DNA of 44,477 bases from positions 1 to 44,477 of the IMG/VR virus record IMGVR_UViG_3300048577_000131, one strand, 5' to 3'. Each line of letters opens with the position of its first letter. Positions within the stretch are counted from its first letter, which is position 1. The notes beneath the pieces are model-generated. The model had not been told where the DNA came from. It saw only the letters and a program-made list of their open reading frames with translations, and did not search any database. This stretch comes from a virus. Lineage: Duplodnaviria; Caudoviricetes. Both the position numbers and the translations under genes were made by a program. This document shows, one piece after another, positions 25,784-33,582 of this stretch.

Positions 25784-25993
25784 TCAACCTCCCGATGCGG
25801 TGGATCGCCGATTCCCGGAAGTCATGGCGTCACCGAGGGTCATGGCCCCCGGCCGGCCGCACGCGGCCTCTTCCGTGTCGGCTGCGGGCTGTTGTCGACA
25901 CCTGCCCGCTGGTCGGGCCGGTACTGCAGAGAGCGCCCCGGCCGGCGCTTCGAGATACGGATCGATGGTGTTGGGCGTCTGGCGGTCGCTCAT
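25784..25993 (-). CDS. Hypothetical protein, possible leaderless first late gene
   Basis: ATG six nt after CGTAAT -10; stop 4 nt before terS start. Confidence 0.4.
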   Translation of the reverse strand: MSDRQTPNTIDPYLEAPAGALSAVPARPAGRCRQQPAADTEEAACGRPGAMTLGDAMTSGNRRSTASGG

Positions 25994-25999
25994 GCCGCC

Positions 26000-26030
26000 A
26001 TTACGCGGCAGCGGCCATCTCATGCAACGG
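26000..26030 (-). promoter_or_regulatory. Putative late promoter (packaging)
   Basis: CCG-TTGCAT-N16-CGTAAT. Confidence 0.55.
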
Positions 26031-26462
26031 AGGGAATGGGAGCTGGAGTTGCACGGGTCGCTCGGCTCCGTCGTCCAACTGGGCAGGCTCATCGTCCAGA
26101 GCCCACGCCGGCAGGTGGAAGCGGATGTCCTCTTCCAGGGCGTGCAGGTCAGGGACCGCCGCGTTGCCCCCGCCCATCGGCAACTCCGCATAGGTGCCCA
26201 TCACCCAGTCGTACTGCTCGGCGTAGAAGCGCTCGGTCCTCGCCTCCCCCGCCATGAGCAGGTAGACCTCGGCCTGGCTGTTGATGGCCACCACCGTGCC
26301 GGCCCCCCGGGCGTAGAGCGTCTGGCGGATGCGCTTCTGGAGCCGCTGGGCCAACTCCTGCACCGTGGCACAGTCGTCCAGGCAGAATGCCGGCTTGATG
26401 CGGCGCTCCACCTGCCTACGCGGCGTAGGGTCTCGGTTGGTGTCGTGGTTCGAAGTGGCCAT
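26001..26462 (-). CDS. Hypothetical protein at the Q position (candidate late regulator)
   Basis: RBS GGGAGG, ATG 26462, 153 aa; last early-right gene. Confidence 0.7.
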   Translation of the reverse strand: MATSNHDTNRDPTPRRQVERRIKPAFCLDDCATVQELAQRLQKRIRQTLYARGAGTVVAINSQAEVYLLMAGEARTERFYAEQYDWVMGTYAELPMGGGNAAVPDLHALEEDIRFHLPAWALDDEPAQLDDGAERPVQLQLPFPPLHEMAAAA

Positions 26463-26476
26463 CGCATCCTCCCGCT

Positions 26477-26686
26477 CTACGCATCTCGCAGCTCGTCCAG
26501 GACCTCGTCGTCCAATCGGAACGCCGGCAGGCGACCGTCGATGTCGCACGCACCCTGCCGGTCCGGCTGGCGCCGGCAGTGGAACACCCCGTCGCTCAGC
26601 TCACGGAACTGGCACACCGAGCAGCGCCCATGGCGGCGAACCCGGGCTCGGTAGCGCTTCCACATGCGGGCGTTTGCGTCGGTCAA
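26477..26686 (-). CDS. Small Cys-rich (putative Zn-binding) basic protein
   Basis: TTGA overlap with ruvC-like stop; CSVC...HC...C; Arg-rich N-terminus. Confidence 0.6.
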   Translation of the reverse strand: MTDANARMWKRYRARVRRHGRCSVCQFRELSDGVFHCRRQPDRQGACDIDGRLPAFRLDDEVLDELRDA

Positions 26687-27198
26687 GCGGCCACCCCGCT
26701 GGCCAGGCGCTGTTCCCCGTACAGGGCAATCAGCAGGGCATCGGCCCGGCCGTTGTCCTTCTTCCGCTTCAGCTCGGCCGCCACAGTGGGGAACCGCTGG
26801 ATCGCCAGCACCCGGGACGCATCCTTGGGCTGGCCGGTCAGGCCGAACTGGCGCTTCCAACTGGCCGGCTCGGCGCGGGTGTACGGGATGCCTAGCAGCT
26901 CCAGCACCGCCTTGGCCTTGCCGTAGTGGTCGCCGAAGTTGAACGACGACTGCGCGCCAGCCCTCCGCTCGCCGTCCTTGGGCGGCATCGCCCGGACGCG
27001 CTCAATGACCGCCGACACCGCGGCGCCAGGGTGAAGGTCCCGAGCGGCACGGATGAACAGCGCCACCTGCCGGGCATCCACCTCCCTGTCCTCGCCCAGC
27101 AGCGGCATGTCGATGATCGGGCCAGCCTCGCCGTCGGCCAGCACAGCGATGGCCCCGGAAATGCCTGGGTCGATCCCAAAAATCAGGCGACTTGCCAT
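26683..27198 (-). CDS. RuvC-like Holliday junction resolvase
   Basis: GIDPGISGAIA, VIERV, P.SWK, DNGRADALLIA. Confidence 0.9.
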   Translation of the reverse strand: MASRLIFGIDPGISGAIAVLADGEAGPIIDMPLLGEDREVDARQVALFIRAARDLHPGAAVSAVIERVRAMPPKDGERRAGAQSSFNFGDHYGKAKAVLELLGIPYTRAEPASWKRQFGLTGQPKDASRVLAIQRFPTVAAELKRKKDNGRADALLIALYGEQRLASGVAA

Positions 27199-27566
27199 GC
27201 GCGCGTCCTCAGTTGGTGCTGTTCGATCAGGGTGTTCTGCAGGTCCAGCAGGTAGTCGTCGCTGCCGATCTCCTGCCGGAACCGGCGGGGCTGCTTGGCG
27301 TAGCTGGGGCCGAACAGGCGTTCGCAGGTCTCGGCCGACATGCCGCCGAACGGCTCGCCGCGATGGCTCCAGGAATTCAGGCCGACGGTGAAGTCATGAC
27401 CGCGCCGCTTGGCGCCGTGCTTGCCGCCGACGGTCAGGTGGTGCACCTCGCAGGGGACGTGCCCGAGGCCCAGGCTGTGGGCGACGATGCAGCCAATCTC
27501 GGTGATGGCGTCCATTCGGGTCTGCTGGGCAGCCGTCGGCTTGCCGGTTGAGCGGCCGCGCTTCAT
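27183..27566 (-). CDS. Ref/NinG-like HNH nuclease
   Basis: GCIV, EVHHL, RRGHDFTVGL...HRG, FGPS; nin-region position. Confidence 0.75.
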   Translation of the reverse strand: MKRGRSTGKPTAAQQTRMDAITEIGCIVAHSLGLGHVPCEVHHLTVGGKHGAKRRGHDFTVGLNSWSHRGEPFGGMSAETCERLFGPSYAKQPRRFRQEIGSDDYLLDLQNTLIEQHQLRTRAWQVA

Positions 27567-27634
27567 GCAGCACCCCATTTCCGAAGAGCCCGAACTAAAC
27601 TCCGGCCCACAACATCAGGGGAACATTGACATCC

Positions 27635-28261
27635 ATGAAGGAATCGATCACAGGACGAGACCTGTTCGTCATCAGCACCGTATGCACTGGATTTGGCGTG
27701 CTTCTGGCTTGGGGCCTGTTCTACCGATGGGGGAGTGCACCGCCATCCAAACCCATTGACTGGCCGGCTTGGGCACAAGCAATTGGCAGCATCATTGCCA
27801 TTGCCGTGGCCATAGCGGTTCCTTGGTCCATACATCGAGCTGCGGAGGCGTCTGATAAGCGCGTTGAGTATCTGCAAGCCACAACGATCGCAGGCGCATT
27901 CCAACCATTCATTAGCTACTACCGCGGCCGAGCAAATTCTCTTCGCAAGATGCTTGAGCAGAATTACTCGGAGAAGCAAATTGCGGAGTTGGTTCCAAAG
28001 AATGCCTTTGATGTTGCGCCGACCATTCAGCAGTTCCATCCAAAGCTCTACATGCTTGGCGAGGCGGGCATTGTGGCTAGTGAATTCGTTGCGAATTTGT
28101 TCTGGATGTCGCTCTACATGGAGATACTTCACAAGGGGCATGGTGGGAATGCTAGGGACCAGGCACTCATTGATTGCAAGAACCTGATTGCAGTCGCAGA
28201 TGAGCTCGAACCATTGATCAACCCGTTCTGTAGACCCCGCGATAGACGAGTTAGGAAGTAG
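27635..28261 (+). CDS. Moron membrane protein (two N-terminal TMs plus soluble domain)
   Basis: Visibly AT-richer; WPAWAQAIGSIIAIAVAIAVP; antisense to nin operon. Confidence 0.8.
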   Translation: MKESITGRDLFVISTVCTGFGVLLAWGLFYRWGSAPPSKPIDWPAWAQAIGSIIAIAVAIAVPWSIHRAAEASDKRVEYLQATTIAGAFQPFISYYRGRANSLRKMLEQNYSEKQIAELVPKNAFDVAPTIQQFHPKLYMLGEAGIVASEFVANLFWMSLYMEILHKGHGGNARDQALIDCKNLIAVADELEPLINPFCRPRDRRVRK

Positions 28262-28269
28262 GCTGAACT

Positions 28270-28725
28270 TCATGCAACCCTCCGCTGCTGCTCGCCGTAG
28301 TCGCGATACCGCGGTTCGTTCAGCCGCACACCGTTCTCCACGGCCCAGGCCTGCGCGAAGGTGATCAGGTCCGCCATGTCGCCCACGGACATGGTCCGGG
28401 TCTGCACGGCCAGGTTCACCACGCTGGCGCCGTCCAGCGACGGCACGATGTCGCCCTGCTGCCGGCTTTCGGTACGCGCCCAGGCGTCGACCAGCAGGCG
28501 CTTCCAGCCCTCCTTGTCGATCCAGCGGCCGGCCCACTGCCGCTGCTGGGCGATGTCCTCGCAGATGGCATGGAGCATCGCGTTCTGCTCCAGACTGCGA
28601 GTGGACTTGCACTCCTTGACCTCGACGCGGACGGCCCGGCCGAGCTCCAGGTACTGGCAGGCAAAGCGCCAGGCCGCGGCCATGCGGTCCCGGGCGTTCT
28701 CGGCCCGGAGGATGAAGGTACTCAT
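28270..28725 (-). CDS. ninB: NinB-family recombination protein
   Basis: TRSLEQNAMLHA...DIA.Q..W.G, WK.L, IVPSLDG, TRTMSV..M.DLI. Confidence 0.9.
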   Translation of the reverse strand: MSTFILRAENARDRMAAAWRFACQYLELGRAVRVEVKECKSTRSLEQNAMLHAICEDIAQQRQWAGRWIDKEGWKRLLVDAWARTESRQQGDIVPSLDGASVVNLAVQTRTMSVGDMADLITFAQAWAVENGVRLNEPRYRDYGEQQRRVA

Positions 28726-30218
28726 TGGTCACCTGCCCTTGCCGCAGCAGCCGTGGTCTTCATCCGGCCGAAGCCGGCCGCCTTCGCGGGCTTGTCGGGG
28801 GTAGTGGCGATGGGCGCCGGCTGCCAGTACTCCGGCAGGTTCGAGAACCGGAACTGTTCCGGCTGGTACAGCACGCGAACGTCGCCGGACGGGCCGTTGC
28901 GCTGGATGCCCACGATCAGCTCGGCCGTGCCGCGGTAGCGGGTGTTCCGGTCGTAGATCTCATCGCGGTAGATGAACACCACCGCGTCGGCGTCCTGCTC
29001 GATGGAGCCGGAGTCGCGCAGGTCCGAGACAATGGGGCGCTTGTCGGGCCGCTTCTCCAGGTCCCGGTTGAGCTGGGACAGCAGCAGCACCGGCACCTTC
29101 AACTCGGCCGCCATCAGCTTCAGCGCCCGGGTGATCTCGCCGATGCCGGCGGCACGGTTGTCCCCCACCACGGTCATCAGCTGCAGGTAGTCGATCACCA
29201 CCAGGCCCAGCGGGTTGCGGGCATGCTGCCGGCGCACCTGCGCAACCACATGCTCCACGCGAGCATTGCGCGGCCGGCTCACGAAGATGGCGGCCTCGCG
29301 CAGACGCTTCATCGCGCGGGTGACGTTGCTCCAGTCGTTGTCGTCCAGCTCGCCCGATCGGATCCGCTGGCCGTCGATCCCGCCGATACTCGCCAGCATG
29401 CGATCGCCCAGTTCCTCGGGCTGCATCTCGAAGCTGAAGACCGCCACGGCCTTGTGCTGCTGCAGCGCCACCCACTCGGCGATGTTCTGCGCCAAGGTGG
29501 TCTTGCCCATCTTCGGGCGGGCTGCCAGGACGTACAGCCCGCCCGGCTGCAGGCCGCCCAGCAGTGCGTCCAGGTCCGTGATGCCCGTGGACAGCCCATG
29601 CACCTGGGTGCCGGCCGTGGCGCGCTCGGACAGGCGGTCGTAGACCCGCTGCATCACCGGCGCGACCGACTCGAGCTCGCACGGCTCGCTGTCCAGCAAC
29701 CCACCGATGCGGCTCTGGGCCTCGCCCACCAGCTCCACGCTGCTGCGGCCGTCCGGAGCGAACCCATCGTTCACCATCGCCGTGCCGACGTCGATCAGCT
29801 GCCGCAGCCTGGCCTTGTCGGCCACGATCTCGGCATAGGCCCGGATGTTCGCCGCCGACGGCGTGGTGCTGGCCAGCTCCAGCAGGTAGGCACCCTCGCC
29901 CACCTGATCCAGCTTGCCGCGAGACTCGAACCACTCGCCGATGGTCACCGCGTCGAAGGGCTGCTCCTTGGCGGCCAACTCGGCGATGGCTCGGAAAATC
30001 AGCTGGTGGTCACGGCGGTAGAAGTCCTTGGCCGTCACCACGTCCGCCACGTTCCACCAGGCCCGCGCCACCAACATCAGGCCGCCCAGCACGGCCTGCT
30101 CGGCGTCGATGCTGTGCGGGGGAACACGGGCGCCCTGCGGTGCTGCGGACTCCTTGGTGCCGGCGTACAGAGCCGCCATCCGCTCCAGCTCGCCCTGGGT
30201 GTCGATCGGCGCGGTCAT
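28722..30218 (-). CDS. dnaB: Phage-encoded DnaB-like replicative helicase
   Basis: PPHSIDAEQAVLG, AARPKMGKT, IDYLQL, LSQLNR, DLRDSGSIEQDAD. Confidence 0.96.
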   Translation of the reverse strand: MTAPIDTQGELERMAALYAGTKESAAPQGARVPPHSIDAEQAVLGGLMLVARAWWNVADVVTAKDFYRRDHQLIFRAIAELAAKEQPFDAVTIGEWFESRGKLDQVGEGAYLLELASTTPSAANIRAYAEIVADKARLRQLIDVGTAMVNDGFAPDGRSSVELVGEAQSRIGGLLDSEPCELESVAPVMQRVYDRLSERATAGTQVHGLSTGITDLDALLGGLQPGGLYVLAARPKMGKTTLAQNIAEWVALQQHKAVAVFSFEMQPEELGDRMLASIGGIDGQRIRSGELDDNDWSNVTRAMKRLREAAIFVSRPRNARVEHVVAQVRRQHARNPLGLVVIDYLQLMTVVGDNRAAGIGEITRALKLMAAELKVPVLLLSQLNRDLEKRPDKRPIVSDLRDSGSIEQDADAVVFIYRDEIYDRNTRYRGTAELIVGIQRNGPSGDVRVLYQPEQFRFSNLPEYWQPAPIATTPDKPAKAAGFGRMKTTAAAARAGDQ

Positions 30219-31039
30219 GCCGCATCCCCCAGCGCGGTCACGGCCTGGTCCATGATCTGTGCGAAGCGGTCCTCGGCCAGCAGCACGTCCAGGTTCTGCT
30301 TCCAGCGCGGATTGTTCGGGTTCGGCACTTCGCCGCGCAGCCACGGGTCAGCGGCGCACTGCTCGAAGTAGGCCTGCCAGAAGGCCGCGGCGTCGTACTC
30401 CCAGCCCAACTGCCGGCACAGCTGGCGGGCCAGCTTGTCCGCGGCCAGCACCCGCCGCTGGCGTTTCGGGTTCAGCACCACGATGCGCTGGCAGCTCGGC
30501 AGCAGCTGGTGGTAGGCAGCCAGGACGATCTCGGCCGTCTTGCCGCCAGGGTGCGGATGCACGGTTGCGGCTTGCGGGGCGTCCGGCAGCAGGTCGACGG
30601 CGTCGTCCGGCGGCTGCGAATCCGAACGAAGTGAGGATTGCTCTCCTCCCTTCCCTTCCCCTCCATTCCACTCCGGGGGTGAGGGCTCGTCGAGCGCTCG
30701 CCGAGCATCAGCAGAGAAAGGCGGATGCTTGTACGTCGGCTTGTCGATTTTCTGGTGCTTCTTCCAGCCAGTGACGTGCAGGAATTCCTTGGAATCGCTG
30801 GTATAGAAGGCGATCAGGCCATTCGACGAAAGCTCGTCGAGCAGTCCCTGAACATCCACCGAGGAAATGTCGTCACCGGGGAAGATTTCAGCCTTGATCG
30901 TCTTGGCACTGGCCACGTGGTTGCCGGCGTCGTCGCAGAAATTCCACAGGCCGATGAACATCAGCCGAGCCATCGGCGAGCATTCCATCACCTGCTCGCT
31001 GGACCAGAACTCGGGCTTCACGGATCGAATCCTGGCCAT
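30215..31039 (-). CDS. Phage replication initiator
   Basis: MARIRSVKPEFW...ARL.FIGLW..CDD.G, GWKKHQKI; upstream of helicase. Confidence 0.85.
   Translation of the reverse strand: MARIRSVKPEFWSSEQVMECSPMARLMFIGLWNFCDDAGNHVASAKTIKAEIFPGDDISSVDVQGLLDELSSNGLIAFYTSDSKEFLHVTGWKKHQKIDKPTYKHPPFSADARRALDEPSPPEWNGGEGKGGEQSSLRSDSQPPDDAVDLLPDAPQAATVHPHPGGKTAEIVLAAYHQLLPSCQRIVVLNPKRQRRVLAADKLARQLCRQLGWEYDAAAFWQAYFEQCAADPWLRGEVPNPNNPRWKQNLDVLLAEDRFAQIMDQAVTALGDAA
30645..30842. repeat. Candidate replication origin: palindromic iterons and purine tract within initiator gene
   Basis: GCTCGTCGAGC 30685 and 30832, GCTCGCCGAGC 30696, TTCGACGAA 30822; pyrimidine tract about 30645-30674. Confidence 0.45.
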
Positions 31040-31134
31040 CACGCACCCCGCAGCAGCTGGAGGCAGCCGGCGATGTGCCAGCGCTGCTGGACCAGCCAGA
31101 TGGCCCTTTCCAGGGGATCGGTCATGTACCTCAT
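31039..31134 (-). CDS. 31-aa micro-ORF
   Basis: ATGA overlap with cII-like stop and TGATG overlap with initiator start. Confidence 0.5.
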   Translation of the reverse strand: MRYMTDPLERAIWLVQQRWHIAGCLQLLRGA

Positions 31135-31523
31135 GCCGCCACCCCGCCCAGCCGCGCCATGCGGCCCTGCAGTGCCTCCAGCCCCTTCACCGCGGCGATG
31201 AACTCGCGCTGCAGCTGGGCGGCCTCGTCCTCGGGGTTCAGCGGCTGCGGCTCGGTGTAGCCTGCGTCCCGGGCCTCATAGTGCGCCAGGATGTGCACGC
31301 CGGCCTTGCGCGCTGCGCGCCGGATCAGCCGCAGCTCGCCCAGGTCCAGCTTCTCGCGCTTGTCGGGGTTCAGGCAGTGCGCCAGCTTCCGGCCGGCCTC
31401 GTCCGCCGGCATGGCCGGCCAGAGAGTCGAGCCCACGACCTTGTTCCCGCCCAGGGCGGTAACGCAGTCGCGGATCGCGTCCTCGTAGGTCTCGTAAAAC
31501 AGGGGCAGTTGGTGGTCCGCCAT
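31131..31523 (-). CDS. CII-like transcriptional regulator
   Basis: ALGG.K.VG..LWP, L..CLNPDKREKL; position between cro and replication genes; RBS GAGG. Confidence 0.7.
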   Translation of the reverse strand: MADHQLPLFYETYEDAIRDCVTALGGNKVVGSTLWPAMPADEAGRKLAHCLNPDKREKLDLGELRLIRRAARKAGVHILAHYEARDAGYTEPQPLNPEDEAAQLQREFIAAVKGLEALQGRMARLGGVAA

Positions 31524-31539
31524 GGTGGTTTCCTCGGTG

Positions 31540-31566
31540 GTCCCACCGCGTGGGACTGCGTGGGAC
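31540..31566 (+). promoter_or_regulatory. PRE-like CII-binding repeats
   Basis: GCGTGGGAC twice at 10-bp period (31548, 31558) plus inverted GTCCCAC, next to cII start. Confidence 0.5.
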
Positions 31567-31620
31567 AGGCTCATCAGGTCGAAATAAGGGCCCAGCCCCG
31601 AAGGACCGAGCCGCGTGGAG

Positions 31621-31794
31621 TCAGTGGAGAAGTGCCCGCAGAACGTCGTAGTGCTGCAGCGCATGTGCGGCCGGCTCTACGCCATCAGCCGCCGCGGTGA
31701 TCGGGTGTCCGTGCGCGTCATCCCGAAGCGCGAAAGGCAGCGCCCCACCCGGCCCGGCGTGGTCGTGCCGTTCCCGGGGCGCTGACGTGGCCAT
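31621..31794 (-). CDS. Hypothetical small protein
   Basis: ATG 1 nt after upstream stop; 57 aa. Confidence 0.35.
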   Translation of the reverse strand: MATSAPRERHDHAGPGGALPFALRDDAHGHPITAAADGVEPAAHALQHYDVLRALLH

Positions 31795-31795
31795 G

Positions 31796-32014
31796 TCAGG
31801 CTGCCACCCCTTCACGTGCCAGCTGCGTCTGCTGCCACTGGGCGAACATCGCCGCCGCGAACTCGGCATTGGTACGCTGCTCGACCAAGGCCCAGAAACC
31901 GATCTCGGCCATGGCATCCTCTGCATAGCCGGCAGGCACCCCGCCATTGGCGGCGCACCACTCCAACATGCGGCCATGGGCCGTGAGCAACCGATCCGAG
32001 GTCTTCTCAGACAT
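31796..32014 (-). CDS. Hypothetical protein after cro
   Basis: RBS GGAGG, ATG 32014, ends EGVAA. Confidence 0.6.
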   Translation of the reverse strand: MSEKTSDRLLTAHGRMLEWCAANGGVPAGYAEDAMAEIGFWALVEQRTNAEFAAAMFAQWQQTQLAREGVAA

Positions 32015-32180
32015 GGCCACCTCCGAACAGATCGACGCGGCACTGGCGAGGCTGGAACGAGCCAAGGCCGAGAGGGACAGCTGGAAAGGTCGCAGCGACC
32101 ACCACTACGCGATGGCTGCGCATCTGGTCGCTGCCCTGGAGAAGGAGCTCGCCAGACTGTTGAGCGAAGGCGAACACTAG
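32013..32180 (+). CDS. 55-aa helical protein antisense within the cro operon
   Basis: MATSEQIDAALARLERAKAERD...; GAGG upstream; start and stop share palindromes with flanking genes. Confidence 0.6.
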   Translation: MATSEQIDAALARLERAKAERDSWKGRSDHHYAMAAHLVAALEKELARLLSEGEH

Positions 32181-32398
32181 GCCGCCTCGCCCTTCTCGGG
32201 CGCCGGGCCGAAGACGTCGGGGCGCAGGTCATGGCGGGAGACGCCGGTGGCTGCCTCAATGGCAATCACGCGCTCCACCGGCACCTTCTTTCGGTCGTAC
32301 CAGCCAGAGATGGAGGGAGACCGGATGCCGAGTCGATTGGCAAGGGCCAGCTGGCTGCCGGCGGCTTCAACTGCTCTGTCGAGGGCTGTCATGTCCAT
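32177..32398 (-). CDS. cro: Cro-like (YdaS-family) HTH regulator
   Basis: AGSQLALANRLGI....ISGW, VP.ERV..IE.ATGVSRHDLRPD.FG. Confidence 0.9.
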   Translation of the reverse strand: MDMTALDRAVEAAGSQLALANRLGIRSPSISGWYDRKKVPVERVIAIEAATGVSRHDLRPDVFGPAPEKGEAA

Positions 32399-32405
32399 AG
32401 CTGCA

Positions 32406-32470
32406 TTAGCTCACGACTAACGATCAAATGCAAGCCAGCAGCTAACCGATTCCAATTAGCCTTTCGCTAA
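32406..32470. promoter_or_regulatory. OR: three operators at 25-bp spacing
   Basis: TTAG-N7-CTAA at 32406 and 32456, CAAG-N7-CTAA at 32431; TAACAT -10 at 32468. Confidence 0.8.
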
Positions 32471-32480
32471 CATCGTGCTC

Positions 32481-33185
32481 ATGGACATCGGCGAAATCAG
32501 ACACCGCAACTTCCAAGCCCTGATCGCGAGCCTCGAGCGAGCCGGTGCAACGACCCGCGCCGCACAAGGCGCCAGGCTTGGCGGATTCCTATCTGCTTCC
32601 TACGTCTCGCAGCTCTTGGGCGGCAAGTACATGGGGGATGAGGTCGCCCGGAAGATAAGCGAGGCCCTTGGCCACGAGCGCGGCTGGATGGACCGGCCAC
32701 AGTGGCCAGACGAGGGGGCGGCATCCATTCCGATCTCTCCCATTGCGACAAACGAAGGTTACGTTCGCGTCGATCAGATCGACGCAACGGGAGGCATGGG
32801 GGGGGCTGTGATCAACGACGATCATCCTGAAATCATTCGCTCAGTCGAGTATGGCGAGGCGTACATCCGGGCGCTCATTGGGTTCGTTCCACCACCTGGC
32901 CGCCTAAAGTTGGTATCCGGCGCAGGGGATTCGATGCGCCCTCTCATTGAGCCTGGAGAGCCCACATTGATGGACTCCGGAGTCACCACGTTCCGCGGCG
33001 ATGGACTCTACTGGATAGGCTTAGGCGACCGCGATGACGGTCACCAGATCAAGATGCTGCAGCAGCGCGGCGATGGTTTGTGGGTGGTCAGCGCTAACCC
33101 ACTCTATCCACCATTTCCGTTCCCGCCGAATGGCCGGATTGGGGGGCAACTCTACATCCGGCACAGGATTGAACGGTTCAACTGA
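32481..33185 (+). CDS. cI: CI-like repressor with S24 autoprotease domain
   Basis: HTH (SASYVSQLL..K.MG...ARKI..ALG...GWMD), GDSMRP serine, QIKML lysine; divergent from cro. Confidence 0.92.
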   Translation: MDIGEIRHRNFQALIASLERAGATTRAAQGARLGGFLSASYVSQLLGGKYMGDEVARKISEALGHERGWMDRPQWPDEGAASIPISPIATNEGYVRVDQIDATGGMGGAVINDDHPEIIRSVEYGEAYIRALIGFVPPPGRLKLVSGAGDSMRPLIEPGEPTLMDSGVTTFRGDGLYWIGLGDRDDGHQIKMLQQRGDGLWVVSANPLYPPFPFPPNGRIGGQLYIRHRIERFN

Positions 33186-33245
33186 GTTCTACCAGGACCC
33201 TTCGTGCCGGAGTTATGTCCACTGATTTTCAGAAGGAGTTTGCGA

Positions 33246-33497
33246 ATGCCCAAGAGTGAAGCCGAGATCGAGCAGCAGAACGTAGATACCCTGAAGATGA
33301 TGGTGGATCAGATCGCTGCATTGCAGCTCGCCGTGCAGGTGATGGCGGAGACTCGACCCGACAGAAGGTCATTGCAGCAAGCGATGAAGACGATCAGGCA
33401 CGACATCAACAGCGATGACGTGGTAAGCAAGGATCAGGCCTTCATGAAAGTGGTGGATGATGCGGAGCGGCTCCTAGGCTTCCGCAAGAGCGGCTAG
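33246..33497 (+). CDS. Hypothetical protein co-transcribed with cI (rex position)
   Basis: RBS AAGGAG; 83 aa helical; followed by terminator. Confidence 0.75.
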   Translation: MPKSEAEIEQQNVDTLKMMVDQIAALQLAVQVMAETRPDRRSLQQAMKTIRHDINSDDVVSKDQAFMKVVDDAERLLGFRKSG

Positions 33498-33517
33498 CGT
33501 TGTACCTCCAGGTGAAC

Positions 33518-33545
33518 AAAGAGCCCCGCTTCGACGGGGCTTTTT
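33518..33545 (+). terminator. Intrinsic terminator of cI operon
   Basis: AGCCCCG-CTTCGA-CGGGGCT then T run. Confidence 0.85.
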
Positions 33546-33582
33546 GCTGGTCGATGGAAATACTGAACGGAAATCGGCGCGT

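Noticed and set aside
28725-30371. 548-aa + strand ORF
   Set aside because: Antisense shadow of dnaB.
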